A stretch of DNA of 64,000 nt, taken from the NCBI GenBank assembly GCA_046313635.1, contig JBKBYA010000002.1, forward strand, positions 96,001 to 160,000. The letters run 5' to 3'. This document shows positions 31,060 to 41,077 of this stretch, in pieces. This DNA comes from Pyrinomonadaceae bacterium. GTDB taxonomy: Bacteria > Acidobacteriota > Blastocatellia > Pyrinomonadales > Pyrinomonadaceae. The stretch's first letter is position 1. Each line of letters opens with the position of its first letter. A program made the position numbers and the translations under genes. Under the pieces are notes generated by a model that was not told where the DNA came from, searched no databases, and saw only the letters and a program-made list of their open reading frames with translations.

Positions 31060-32556
31060 ATGAGCGAACACTTCATTTCCCGAGCGGACGCCGTGTCCGA
31101 TCTGCTCTCGTGCGCGGCGTATCTGGCCGAGCGCATAACAAATCGAGACGGACATTCCGACGCGATCTCGGCCGTCGTCCCGCTATACCTCGCCGACGGA
31201 AATGTCGACCTAGCGGCGGAGCTTGCAAATTCGGTCGACGACCCGTTCACGCGCGACCGCCTGCTGACGCTCGTTGCCGAAAGGTGCGCGGCCGCAGACG
31301 ACGACGAGTATGCGCTCCAGCTCGCCGAGGCGATCGAGGACGCGGGCATCGCCGCGCAGGCGCTCGAGACGATCGCTCTGCAAAAGGCCGCGAAAGGGCA
31401 GCTCGACAGAGCGTCGGAGATCGCGGAGCAGATCGAGCATCCCGACTATGTCTTTGCGGCCGTCGCGACGCGGCTCGCCGCCGACGGCCGTGACGCCGAG
31501 GCCGACGAGATGCTCGAGCGCGTCGAGTATATAGCCGCCCGCGTCTCGGCCCTGCAGTCGATCGCCGCCGAATGTCAGGCTTCAGACGCCGAACGCAGCG
31601 TCGCCTATCTCGAACGCGCCGTGCACGAGGCCGCCGGCATCGAGCACGACGAAGAGCGGATACGCGCCTTTGTCGAGATCGGGAATCATCTCGTCGAGTT
31701 CGGCCGCAGCGATCTCGCGATCGACGCCTACGACAAGGCGCGAGCGTCGGCCGAGCAGCTCGACAATATGCACCGCGACTCGTTTCTCGCGGCGGCCGCA
31801 CTCGGCTTTTTGCACGCCGGCAGTCTCGATCTCGCAGAGCGCACGCTTGATCTCGTGACCGACAAGACGCAGCTCGCGTCAGCGCTCGTCGGGTACGCGC
31901 GAGAGTTCTGGAAAAAAGGTGAACGCGACGATGCGATCGAGTCGCTCGACGAGGCGTACCAGATCCTGCGTTCGCAGCGCGAGAGCGAGACGCGGAGCGC
32001 GAAAGCGAGATTCCAGTTGTTCGCGACGATCGCCGCGCAGCTCGCCGCGTTTGGTCGTGCGGAACGAGCGATCGAGATCGCTCAATCGATCGAGGACCCG
32101 GTCGAGAGCACGGCGGCGCTTTCGCAGATCGCGGCGATCCTCGCGTCGCTCGGCAGCGACGACCTCGCGCGGCAGGCGCTTGATTCGATCGCCGATGAGG
32201 ACAGCCGAGCATTTGCCTTGATCGGAATGAGCGACGCAAAGGCAAAAGCCGGCGACCGCGAAGCAGCGATCAAACTGCTCGACGAGGCAGAAGAATTGGT
32301 CGTCTCGGTGCCGCAGCCCGCTTCGCGCTCGTCGGCCTACATTGAGATCGCGCGGCGCTGGTCGCACTACGGCGAAACGGAAAAGGCCTCGAGCGCCGCT
32401 CACTTTGCGCTCGAGACGACCGCCGCCATCCGCGACGAGAGCCGCCGGGCCGTGGCCCTCGCCGAGCTTGCCGGGCACCTACGCCAGAGCGGCGCAAGCC
32501 TCAGCGAGCCCGACCGAAAGATCGTCGAGCAGATCGCGGCCCGAGCCAACCTCTAA
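31060..32556 (+). CDS. Alpha-helical (TPR-like) repeat hypothetical protein
   Basis: Repeated AL..IA...A..G....A..IA..I pattern; start MSEHF. Confidence 0.8.
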   Translation: MSEHFISRADAVSDLLSCAAYLAERITNRDGHSDAISAVVPLYLADGNVDLAAELANSVDDPFTRDRLLTLVAERCAAADDDEYALQLAEAIEDAGIAAQALETIALQKAAKGQLDRASEIAEQIEHPDYVFAAVATRLAADGRDAEADEMLERVEYIAARVSALQSIAAECQASDAERSVAYLERAVHEAAGIEHDEERIRAFVEIGNHLVEFGRSDLAIDAYDKARASAEQLDNMHRDSFLAAAALGFLHAGSLDLAERTLDLVTDKTQLASALVGYAREFWKKGERDDAIESLDEAYQILRSQRESETRSAKARFQLFATIAAQLAAFGRAERAIEIAQSIEDPVESTAALSQIAAILASLGSDDLARQALDSIADEDSRAFALIGMSDAKAKAGDREAAIKLLDEAEELVVSVPQPASRSSAYIEIARRWSHYGETEKASSAAHFALETTAAIRDESRRAVALAELAGHLRQSGASLSEPDRKIVEQIAARANL

Positions 32557-32587
32557 TACTTTTTCGATTCCGATCGCCTCGGGGTCA

Positions 32588-32650
32588 CCTGCTTCATCTG
32601 CGGTTAATTGCCTCGGAGTGACTAACCGCGGACGACGCAGATAACGCGGA
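32588..32650. repeat. GCGGAT-type 9-bp repeat arms
   Basis: cttcatctgcggtt ... aaccgcggacgacgcagataacgcgga. Confidence 0.65.
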
Positions 32651-32664
32651 GTTTTTTGTTTTGT

Positions 32665-34095
32665 CTAGTAGACGTCGTTTGCGACGAGGTCGCTGAAGTT
32701 GTCGCGTTTGCGGATGAGCCTGGGCTTGCCGTCGCGGTCGATCAGCACGACCGGCGGCAAAAATCGGCCGTTGTACTGCGAGGCCTGGGCGAGTGAATAG
32801 GCGCCGCAGTTAAGCAGTGCGAGCACTTCGCCGAGCTCGACGTCGTTCGGCAGCAGGCGGTGGTCCGGCAAGCGGCCGTGGCCTTCGATATCAAAGTAAA
32901 CGTCGCCGCCGTCGCACAGCGGGCCGGCAAGCTTGTACGGCGCGTCGTGGGCATCGCCCGCTCGCGTTGCCGAGATCAGATGGTAGTACCACTTGTAAGT
33001 CTCCATCGAGAGCAGGAGGTTGAAGCCGGCATCGGTGAGGAGCCAAGTGTCGGTTGCGATCGCGGATTGCGGATTTCGGATCGCGGATTGCTGAACGGGC
33101 CGATCTTTTTTATTGCGGACTGATGTCAAGCAGATGCCGGCGTCGGCGATGATCGAGCGGCCGGGTTCGAGGAGGATCGTAAGGCCGTCGAGCAGGTCTA
33201 GGGCGTTTGCCGACTCGGCGCTTCGACGGACGATCTGCCACGCTCTGCTCATCGCATCGACCGGCTCGTAGTCCGCTGCAAACATCTCGCGGTGCTCGTC
33301 GTCGAATGCGTCTTCCGCAGACCGGTCGCGCAGATAATTCACCGGAAAGCCGCCGCCGAGATTCAGGTGCGAGAGCCGGACGCCTGTCTCGTTGTAGATC
33401 TTGTGCAGATTGACGAAGAGCACCTCAAAGGCCTCGGCGTACGCCGACGGGCTCGGATTCTGCGAGCCGATGTGCAGGTGAATGCCGGCAAGGTTGAGAT
33501 GCGGCGAGTCTTTTCGCTCGCGTATCGCCGCGTGTGCCTCGGCGGGCATCATTCCGAATTTTGAAGTGAGCAGCGCAGTCTGCAAGCCCGAGTGCGTCGC
33601 CGACTCGATCTCGGGGACGAGACGCAGGCTGACGTTCGCTCTTCTACCGAGACGCTTCGCGGTCTCCTCGATCAGCGCGAGCTCGACGACCGAGTCGACC
33701 TGGATCGCGTAGATCTCGGCGTCGATCGCGGCCTCCAGTTCCCAGATCTCTTTGCTCGTCCCGTTAAAGATGATCTGCCCGCCCGCGAAGCCGATCTCGA
33801 GCGCCTTCCAAAGCTCGCCGCCGGAATTTACCTCGATGTCGATCCCTGCATCTTTGATCGCCTTGAGGATGCCCATTGTCGACATCGCTTTCGCGGCGTA
33901 GCAGACCTCGAGCGGGCAGTCGATGACCTCGCGTGCGGCGGTGAGCCGCGCGATATTGTGACGAATGCGCGACTCGCTAAAGACAAACAGCGGCGTCCCG
34001 TGCTGCGCGGCAAGCTCGACCGCCGACACGCCGTCGATGTGAAGCTCGTTGTTTTTTACTTCGAGAAAGTTCTCGATCTCCCAGGGTTGCTGCAT
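32665..34095 (-). CDS. lysA: Diaminopimelate decarboxylase (PLP fold III)
   Basis: CYAAKA, SKFG, HLHIGSQ, EPGR, GPLC..GD, GAY....SQYN. Confidence 0.8.
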   Translation of the reverse strand: MQQPWEIENFLEVKNNELHIDGVSAVELAAQHGTPLFVFSESRIRHNIARLTAAREVIDCPLEVCYAAKAMSTMGILKAIKDAGIDIEVNSGGELWKALEIGFAGGQIIFNGTSKEIWELEAAIDAEIYAIQVDSVVELALIEETAKRLGRRANVSLRLVPEIESATHSGLQTALLTSKFGMMPAEAHAAIRERKDSPHLNLAGIHLHIGSQNPSPSAYAEAFEVLFVNLHKIYNETGVRLSHLNLGGGFPVNYLRDRSAEDAFDDEHREMFAADYEPVDAMSRAWQIVRRSAESANALDLLDGLTILLEPGRSIIADAGICLTSVRNKKDRPVQQSAIRNPQSAIATDTWLLTDAGFNLLLSMETYKWYYHLISATRAGDAHDAPYKLAGPLCDGGDVYFDIEGHGRLPDHRLLPNDVELGEVLALLNCGAYSLAQASQYNGRFLPPVVLIDRDGKPRLIRKRDNFSDLVANDVY

Positions 34096-34156
34096 GAGAA
34101 AGCTATCGGCCGCGGATAGTCGCCCATCGCGCGGACAAGGAAAAACAAACATTCAG

Positions 34157-34279
34157 ATCCGCTTTATCGGCTTCATCCGCGGCCAAAGACGCCAAGCGAC
34201 ACTCAACCGCGGATAAAGCAGACAGCGCAGATAAGTTTGACGAATGATCCTTGGATCCGCGTCATCCGATCCGCAAAAA
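34157..34279. repeat. Three alternating GCGGAT-type repeat arms
   Basis: Arms at 34157-34187, 34205-34234 and 34255-34279. Confidence 0.7.
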
Positions 34280-34283
34280 GATC

Positions 34284-36107
34284 CTAACGCTTCGGCAATT
34301 GAATGCCCGTCCCGCGCGGGTAGAGTCCCGGCAGCGAGATCGGCAGGCGGCCCGAAAAGTCCTGCAGCCCGAGCATCGCGCTCGCTGCCGCCCGCTGCAG
34401 GCTCGGCATATCGCCGTACGCGACGATGTACGTCTTGAGCTGCGGGAACGAACCGAGAATGTACGGGTTGCCAAAGCTGATGCCGATCATATTCTTGTTC
34501 TGCGCGATCGCGTCGCGAAGTATGGCGGCTCCGTTCTCCGGAATGCCCACGCTGTTCTTTGCGCCGGAACGCACGCGGCCGTAGAGTCCGACGACGACGG
34601 TGTCGGCTTCGGCGACGGCCTTGCGCGCGGCGGCGACCTGGTCGGAGGTCGAATTCTCCTGCAGATAAACGGGCGACATTTTGACGCCGTTCTGCCCGAG
34701 CGAGCGGACGAGCGGGCCCATCGTCGCCGGGCCGTCAAAGCCGTTCGAGATGCCGAGCACGGCGATCTTTGCGCCCTTATCGAGCGGCAGCGATCCGCCG
34801 TTGCGGACGAGAGTGATCGCCTTTGACGCGATCTCGTTGGTCAGGGCTTCGGTCTCGCTGCCCGAGACGATCGTGTCGATCAGGTCGATCGGCGTCATTC
34901 GGTCTTTGACGAGGCCGAGCTCGTACTTCCACGCGAGCTGCTTTCGGACAGACTCGTTCAGCCGCTCCTGCGGGATGCGGCCCGACTGCACCGCGGCCTT
35001 GAGCCCGCGGATCATCGCGTCGACGTCGGCCGGTTTTTCGAGAATGTCGGTGCCGGCTAGAAAGGCCCGCACGCCGGCCTCTTCCTGCGAAAAGTAGATC
35101 GTAAGACCGCTCATCGACATCGCGTCCGAGACGATCAGCCCGTCAAAGCGCATTTCGCGGCGCAGCAGGTCGGTTTGAATTTTGTGCGAGAGCGTCGCCG
35201 GGATGGTCGCCGATTCGCTGACGATCTCGGCGCCGTGCTCGGCGTCGCCCTGAATGAAATTCTTCAGCGGCTTGATGACCTCGCCGTCGAGCTGCGGCAG
35301 AGCGATGTGCGCGATCATTACGGACCCGACGCCGGCATCGACCGCGGCACGAAAAGGCACGAGCTCCGTTTGATCAAGCTGCGCTCGAGATTTGTCGATG
35401 ATCGGCAGGCCGCGGTGCGAGTCGACGTTCGTGTCGCCGTGGCCGGGGAAGTGCTTCGCGGTAGCGATCACGTTCTGGCTTTGGATGCCGTTGATGAACG
35501 CTACGCCGAACTTGGAGACCTCGTTCGGGTCCTCGCCAAAGCTGCGGACGTTGATCACCGGATTGTCGGCGTTGTTGTTGACGTCGAGCACCGGCGCGTA
35601 GACGTGATCGATGCCGATCGCCTTTGCCTCGCGGCCGGTGATGACGCCCATCCGGCGGGCGTATTCGGGATCGCCGGTCGCGGCGACGGCCATCGCCCAC
35701 GGGAAGTTTGTCGCGTCCTCGAAGCGCATACCGATCCCTGTCTCCGCATCGAGCGACATCAGCAGCGGGACCTTGCCGGCGAGCGACTGCATGCGGTTGG
35801 CGATTATCGTCGTCTCGTACAGCGGCGCTCCGAAAAAGATCACGCCGCCGATCTTGTTTTCGACGACGTCGCGCTGCAGCGCCTTGAAGAACGAGCTCTC
35901 GCGATTGGCAAACCGCGCGTTGATGCCGACGTGAACGAGCTGGCCGACCTTCTCGTCGACGGTCATTCGCTTGAGCTGCTTGTCGGCCCACTTCCAGGCT
36001 TTTGGCGACGGGCGTAACGGCGCGGCCGGCCGTGAAGGCGCGCTCTGCGCGGGCAGCAGATTCACAAAGAGAGCGACGAGTGTGACGGTGCTATAGAGAA
36101 ACTTCAT
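34284..36107 (-). CDS. nagZ: Secreted GH3 beta-N-acetylglucosaminidase
   Basis: KHFPGHGDTNVDSH (NagZ Asp-His motif), VSDAMSM nucleophile region, C-terminal GH3 domain. Confidence 0.9.
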   Translation of the reverse strand: MKFLYSTVTLVALFVNLLPAQSAPSRPAAPLRPSPKAWKWADKQLKRMTVDEKVGQLVHVGINARFANRESSFFKALQRDVVENKIGGVIFFGAPLYETTIIANRMQSLAGKVPLLMSLDAETGIGMRFEDATNFPWAMAVAATGDPEYARRMGVITGREAKAIGIDHVYAPVLDVNNNADNPVINVRSFGEDPNEVSKFGVAFINGIQSQNVIATAKHFPGHGDTNVDSHRGLPIIDKSRAQLDQTELVPFRAAVDAGVGSVMIAHIALPQLDGEVIKPLKNFIQGDAEHGAEIVSESATIPATLSHKIQTDLLRREMRFDGLIVSDAMSMSGLTIYFSQEEAGVRAFLAGTDILEKPADVDAMIRGLKAAVQSGRIPQERLNESVRKQLAWKYELGLVKDRMTPIDLIDTIVSGSETEALTNEIASKAITLVRNGGSLPLDKGAKIAVLGISNGFDGPATMGPLVRSLGQNGVKMSPVYLQENSTSDQVAAARKAVAEADTVVVGLYGRVRSGAKNSVGIPENGAAILRDAIAQNKNMIGISFGNPYILGSFPQLKTYIVAYGDMPSLQRAAASAMLGLQDFSGRLPISLPGLYPRGTGIQLPKR

Positions 36108-37605
36108 GCTTGCGATTTGGTAATACGAGACTTGCGATAAAAGCGATCGTCAACGTCGTAAGACTGCCGATCAGCGCGTACCAGGTCCACGCGATCTTGG
36201 TGCCGAGCAGGATGTAGAGCATCAGCGCGATGCTCGCGGCCATGCCGATGAGGGCATGGGGCTCGCCTGCCTTTTTCAAAAACGTGCCGACGAGAAAGAC
36301 GCCCAGGATCGGCCCGTTGATCAGCGAAGCGACCGTGAGAGCGAGACCGAGCGCCGACTCGTCCGTCTTCATAAAAGCTATCGCGACGGCGATCTGGATC
36401 ATCCCGACGATGACCGTCAGCCAGCCCGCGAGGCGGACGAGCTGGCGGTCGGTGATGTCCTTTTTGAAAGGGCGGTAAAGATCGTTGATCGCCGTCGCCG
36501 CGATCGAATTGAGCGACGACGAGAGAGCCGCCGCAAAGATCGCCGCGACGACGAGACCCGATAGCCCGGCGGGCATGTGCTCGGTGATGAAATTCGGAAA
36601 GACCTGATCGCCTTTGAGAAAAGGGAAATTAGCCGAAATACCCGAGCCCGCGACGCCGGCCTGCGCGTATTCAGGCGAATTGAACGGAGCGTAAAAAGCG
36701 AACAGCAACACGCCGATAAACAAAAATCCGATGAACTGTCCGAGCACGACCGCACCCGACGACAGCAGTGCGAGCGACGCCGACGACGGCTTGTTAGTGC
36801 ACAGGTATCGCTGAACTAGATACTGATCGGTGCCGTGTGTCGACATCGTCAAAAAGCAGCCGCCGAGTATCCCGGCCCAGAACGTGTAGGTCTTGGTAAA
36901 GTCGAGCGTGAAATCGAAAACGCGAAACTTGCCGAACTGCTCGCCGAGCGCCACCGCGCCCGAAAATCCGCCGTCGATATTCTGGATCAGAATCACGGCC
37001 GCCGCGATCGCGCCGCCGATGTAGATCACGAGCTGCACGACCTCGACCCAGATGACCGCTTCCATCCCGCCGTAAAACGTAAACACGATCATCACGACGC
37101 CGAGCAGAACGATCGAACCGACGATGATCGTCGTCGCGTCGGCTCCCGGATTGAACGACGTGTAAACCGCGGCGAGCACGATCGCGGTGAGCAGCAGCCG
37201 CACGCCGTCGGCGACGTTTCGCATGATGACGAAGAGTCCCGATGCGAGCATCTTGACCCTGGTGCCGAAGCGCTGGCCGAGAAGCTGATAAACGGTCTGC
37301 AGCTCGCCCTTGAAATAGAGCGGGATAAAGATCAAAGAGATCACCACGCGGCCAAGCATGTAGCCGAAGACGAGCTGCAGGAACTGAAAATTCCCGCCCT
37401 TCGCAAACGCCACGCCGGGCACCGAAACGAACGTGATCGTGCTCGTCTCGGTCGCAACGATCGACATCGCGATCGCCCACCAAGGCACGCTCCGGTCGCC
37501 GACGAAATAGTCTTCGGTCGTCTCCTGCTTGCCTGAAAACAGAATGCCGAAGGCCGTGATGCCGATCAGGTAGCCAAAGATGATGACGAGGTCGATGGTC
37601 TGCAT
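36091..37605 (-). CDS. Sodium:solute symporter (SSS family)
   Basis: DYFVGDR..PWWAI..SIVATETS, GTDQ..VQRYL, many TM helices. Confidence 0.93.
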   Translation of the reverse strand: MQTIDLVIIFGYLIGITAFGILFSGKQETTEDYFVGDRSVPWWAIAMSIVATETSTITFVSVPGVAFAKGGNFQFLQLVFGYMLGRVVISLIFIPLYFKGELQTVYQLLGQRFGTRVKMLASGLFVIMRNVADGVRLLLTAIVLAAVYTSFNPGADATTIIVGSIVLLGVVMIVFTFYGGMEAVIWVEVVQLVIYIGGAIAAAVILIQNIDGGFSGAVALGEQFGKFRVFDFTLDFTKTYTFWAGILGGCFLTMSTHGTDQYLVQRYLCTNKPSSASLALLSSGAVVLGQFIGFLFIGVLLFAFYAPFNSPEYAQAGVAGSGISANFPFLKGDQVFPNFITEHMPAGLSGLVVAAIFAAALSSSLNSIAATAINDLYRPFKKDITDRQLVRLAGWLTVIVGMIQIAVAIAFMKTDESALGLALTVASLINGPILGVFLVGTFLKKAGEPHALIGMAASIALMLYILLGTKIAWTWYALIGSLTTLTIAFIASLVLPNRKHEVSL

Positions 37606-37608
37606 TAG

Positions 37609-38082
37609 CTAGAAGGGATAGATACCCGCCCAAGTTCGGAACCAGAACGAATCCAGTCGGTCAACGATTCGTTTCAAGTCTTCCTGACGGCGATTATCCG
37701 TCATTTCGATGATGTACATATTACAAGCGTCCACAACGCCGTCCTTGTCAGCGAGAATTAGAAATCTATCCCCACGGTCAGGAGATATCTCACGCATCGG
37801 ACAATCGCATACGGGACTCAAATAGAGTTCTACTTCGCCCGACGCCGGACCCTTCCACGAACGCTGGATCCTGAATCTCGCCTTGTCCAACATTTTCCTA
37901 TTGCCAGCGAGCTTGGAAGGAAGCGCATCGGTCGCAGAATCCCCGAACGACAAGAATTCACCAACAAAGATTTGACTGGACGCCCGGTATGCTTTCCGAA
38001 GCCCAACGATCGTTATCGTGCAAGCCTCGGCCGTGTCCGCCAGAGTGAGCAGAATGACAACGATCCCAACGAGAAACCTCAT
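37609..38082 (-). CDS. Secreted hypothetical protein, possibly TIMP/NTR-like
   Basis: Signal peptide ending AEA-C; IFVGE, RSWKG and CDC motifs; more AT-rich than neighbours. Confidence 0.65.
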   Translation of the reverse strand: MRFLVGIVVILLTLADTAEACTITIVGLRKAYRASSQIFVGEFLSFGDSATDALPSKLAGNRKMLDKARFRIQRSWKGPASGEVELYLSPVCDCPMREISPDRGDRFLILADKDGVVDACNMYIIEMTDNRRQEDLKRIVDRLDSFWFRTWAGIYPF

Positions 38083-38133
38083 GATGCGCGATCGATAAAT
38101 CGGATTGCTCCTCGAACGTTCCATTTCGCTTCA

Positions 38134-38299
38134 GTCGCGTGCCTGAAAGAAATCCGGCCCTTAACGGGCCGCAGATCTGTCCAACCGCTTTAGGGTTGAC
38201 CGGAATATCTGGTTGTTCGCGGGCCGGCACTCGCTTCGCTCGCTTGCCCCGGGCTATTTTCCGGGGGCGCTTCCGGCAACGGGCCGAATGATTCGCGAC
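38134..38299. repeat. REP-like multi-hairpin intergenic element
   Basis: ggcccttaacgggcc and gccccgggctattttccgggggc hairpins, cgcttcgctcgctt, outer gtcgcg/cgcgac. Confidence 0.45.
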
Positions 38300-38300
38300 C

Positions 38301-39212
38301 TTATTGATCACCGTCGTCGCCCGACCTGATCTTCTTTACGGCTTCATCGACGACAAAACACGACGTCGCGAGAGCAGCCCGAGCGGCGTCAGATCCGACC
38401 GATGCCTTTTGCATCACCAATGCCACCCTCAGATCGCCGCCGGCGTCGCCCATCAATCGCGCGGCAGCGGGCTCATCGATGCCGGCTTCATTCATCAAGA
38501 TCCGAATCGCACGGCCCTGCAGCTTTTCGTTCGAGGCCCGCAGGTTCGTCATTCGGTTTCCGCTGACGTAGCCGAGTCGGATCATGGCGACGGTCGAGAT
38601 CATGTTGAGGACCATCTTTTGCGCCGTGCCGGCCTTCATGCGTGTAGAGCCGGTGATCGCTTCGGGGCCGACGACGGGCACGATCGAGATCTCGGCCGCT
38701 CGGGTGATCGGCGAGTCGGGAACGCAGACGATGCAGGCGGTGAAGCAGCCGAGCTCGCGAGCATGCCTGATCGCACCGATCGTGTAAGGCGTGCGCCCCG
38801 AAGCGGCGATGCCGACGACCGCGTCCTCCTTTCTAAGGCCGCGAGCGGTCAGGTCTCGCACGGCCGCGGCACTGTCGTCCTCGCTGGCTTCGGTCGCCTT
38901 GTAAAGCGCTTCGTAGCCGCCGGCGATGATGCCCTGTACAAGCTCATACGAGACGCCGTAGGTCGGCGGTATCTCGGACGCGTCAAGCACACCGAGACGG
39001 CCGCTCGTTCCCGTGCCGACGTAAAAAAGCCGGCCGCCACTTTCGAGCCGTTCGACGACCTTGTCGATAACGGCCGCGATCTGCGGGAGCACCTCTTCGA
39101 CGGCGAGAGCGACGGTCTTGTCCTCGTCGTTGATCAGTCGCAGAGCGTCGAGAGTCGAAAGTTTGTCGATCTCGGCGGTCTTTGGATTGTCCTGCTCGGT
39201 AACGGGAAGCAT
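38301..39212 (-). CDS. murQ: N-acetylmuramic acid 6-phosphate etherase
   Basis: TEQDNP, GTGTSGRLGVLDASE.PPTYG, ASGRTPY, GSTRMKAGTAQK. Confidence 0.97.
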   Translation of the reverse strand: MLPVTEQDNPKTAEIDKLSTLDALRLINDEDKTVALAVEEVLPQIAAVIDKVVERLESGGRLFYVGTGTSGRLGVLDASEIPPTYGVSYELVQGIIAGGYEALYKATEASEDDSAAAVRDLTARGLRKEDAVVGIAASGRTPYTIGAIRHARELGCFTACIVCVPDSPITRAAEISIVPVVGPEAITGSTRMKAGTAQKMVLNMISTVAMIRLGYVSGNRMTNLRASNEKLQGRAIRILMNEAGIDEPAAARLMGDAGGDLRVALVMQKASVGSDAARAALATSCFVVDEAVKKIRSGDDGDQ

Positions 39213-39419
39213 CTGTAAACGAATTTGTCCTATTATCAAAGCGGCCTCAGCAGGTGTCAATTTTACTTATAGTTACTTGAATTCAATTTAGTATTCGCAA
39301 TGCCAAAAAGAGGCTGCCTGCCGTGCGACCCTGCGGGTGTGCCGCGCGAGGAAACTTAGCAAATGAAAAAGAGGCCGCCTTTTCAGACAGCCTCAGTCTG
39401 TGGGAGACCACCGTTTGAA

Positions 39420-40448
39420 CTAATCCGTTCTGTTTCGTTTGATCAGTGAATAAGCGATACCGGCGCCGAGTGCCAGAGCGGCGCCGGTCGCGATCGCGCC
39501 GGTGATGCCCGGGTGAAGGCTCGCCTGCGTGTAGATGCTCGACTCGGCGACGTGACCGTCGTACGTGCCGCGCTCGTGCAGGCGCGCGTCGCGAGGCTCG
39601 TAGAGATTGATGAGCGGTTTCGGCTTTGGCGGCTCGCCGGTCCGGGTCTGACCGAGATAGGTCTTTTCCATCAGGAGATCTGCGAGACGCGGTGCGTACT
39701 TTCCCAGCATCGAATGCGCCTTGGCCGCTCCGCCGACAAAGACGTCGCGGACCTGATTCTCAGCGCAATAAAGTATCGTCTCGGCGACAGTATCAGGAGC
39801 GTAAACCGGCGGAGGATTGAGCGGCTCCGTATCGAGGTAGTTCGGAGCGTGTTCGATGTAGGGCGTATCGATCGCGGCCGGCTTGACGAGCGTCACGGAG
39901 ATCGGAGCGTCGTCGGCCTCGAGCTCCATTCGCAGAGCGTCGGTAAAACCTTTGACCGCGTGCTTCGAGGCGCAGTACATACCCTGCAGCGGTATCGCGC
40001 GGTCAGACAGCGTGCTGCCGACATTTATCAGCGCTCCGCCGAGCCGTTTGAGATATCGTGCGGCGGTCAGCGAGCCGTAGACCACGCCCCAAAAGTTTGT
40101 CTCGAAGAGCCGCCTAAAGTCCTCGACCGGCACGTCCTCGAGCTTTCCGTATATCGAGCCCGCCGCGTTGTTGACCCATGTATCGAACGTGCCGAAACGC
40201 TGCCGCGCCGCCTCGGCGATCGCTTCGACATCGCTCTCGAGGCCGACGTCGGCCTTGACAAAGATCGCCTCGCCGCCGGCCCACGTTATCTCATCGACCA
40301 ATTTTGAGAGAGCCTCCTCGTTACGCGACGCGAGGACGAGCCGCGCGCCGCGGGCGGCCGCCATCCGAGCCGTGCAGAGACCAATGCCGCTCGATGCGCC
40401 GGTGATGACGATCGTCTGCTGCTCGACAGGTTTTAGTTGTACGGCCAT
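39420..40448 (-). CDS. SDR oxidoreductase
   Basis: ITGASSGIG, NNAA, YCASK; real start MAVQLKP with AAGGAG RBS. Confidence 0.93.
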   Translation of the reverse strand: MAVQLKPVEQQTIVITGASSGIGLCTARMAAARGARLVLASRNEEALSKLVDEITWAGGEAIFVKADVGLESDVEAIAEAARQRFGTFDTWVNNAAGSIYGKLEDVPVEDFRRLFETNFWGVVYGSLTAARYLKRLGGALINVGSTLSDRAIPLQGMYCASKHAVKGFTDALRMELEADDAPISVTLVKPAAIDTPYIEHAPNYLDTEPLNPPPVYAPDTVAETILYCAENQVRDVFVGGAAKAHSMLGKYAPRLADLLMEKTYLGQTRTGEPPKPKPLINLYEPRDARLHERGTYDGHVAESSIYTQASLHPGITGAIATGAALALGAGIAYSLIKRNRTD

Positions 40449-40453
40449 TCGCT

Positions 40454-40975
40454 TCAGCTCCTTGCCATTTTCTTGGAATAGCCGCTCTCGGAGCCGCGGG
40501 CCGAGTCCGAGGTCAGTGAGTTTGGCGCGTTCAGATGCGCGCCTTCGTCGACGCCGACGCCGAGACGCTCGACTAGCTCGCCGCCGAGCCATCCGCCGAG
40601 GAGCGCGAGTACGAGTCCCGCAAACGACAAGATGCTCGCCGTCATTTCGGGCCGTTCCGGAAGGCCGTAGCGCATCGCAAAGCTCGCGACAAAGAGCAGC
40701 AGAACGACCGTGTTGGTCATCCCGTGCATAAAGCCGACCGTCTTGGCCCTCGTGCCCGAGGGGATCTTTGCCCAGTCGATCCAGCCGAACGGCGCCGCGA
40801 GCAGCCCGCCGACGATGCCCGCCGCCATCATCCAGAACGCGACGGTCGCCATCAGCGTGTTGCCCCACACAAGATAAATGACGTCAAAAACGACCGCGGT
40901 CGACAGCAGACCGAGCGGGAATACGATCAGGATCGGATGTATCGCATGTCCGAACATCTTTGCTCTGGCTTCCAT
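40454..40975 (-). CDS. DUF2231-like membrane protein
   Basis: GHAIHPILIVFPLG, H..TN, GGWLGGELV.RLGVGV. Confidence 0.87.
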   Translation of the reverse strand: MEARAKMFGHAIHPILIVFPLGLLSTAVVFDVIYLVWGNTLMATVAFWMMAAGIVGGLLAAPFGWIDWAKIPSGTRAKTVGFMHGMTNTVVLLLFVASFAMRYGLPERPEMTASILSFAGLVLALLGGWLGGELVERLGVGVDEGAHLNAPNSLTSDSARGSESGYSKKMARS

Positions 40976-41050
40976 TGAATTGACCTCCGTTATTGGCCCG
41001 GCCGAGTTGTTCGGAATTGAAACAAACTTCGGGCTATTGCCTGAGGAATC

Positions 41051-41065
41051 GCAATAGGCGTGCCG
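41051..41065 (-). promoter_or_regulatory. sigma54 -24/-12 promoter
   Basis: CGGCAC-GCCTA-TTGC upstream of the DUF2231-SDR pair. Confidence 0.72.
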
Positions 41066-41077
41066 CTTATCGAGGAT

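Noticed and set aside
40449..40868. N-terminal 140 aa of the 482-aa SDR ORF
   Set aside because: Overlaps the DUF2231 gene in another frame; the real start with RBS is at 40448.
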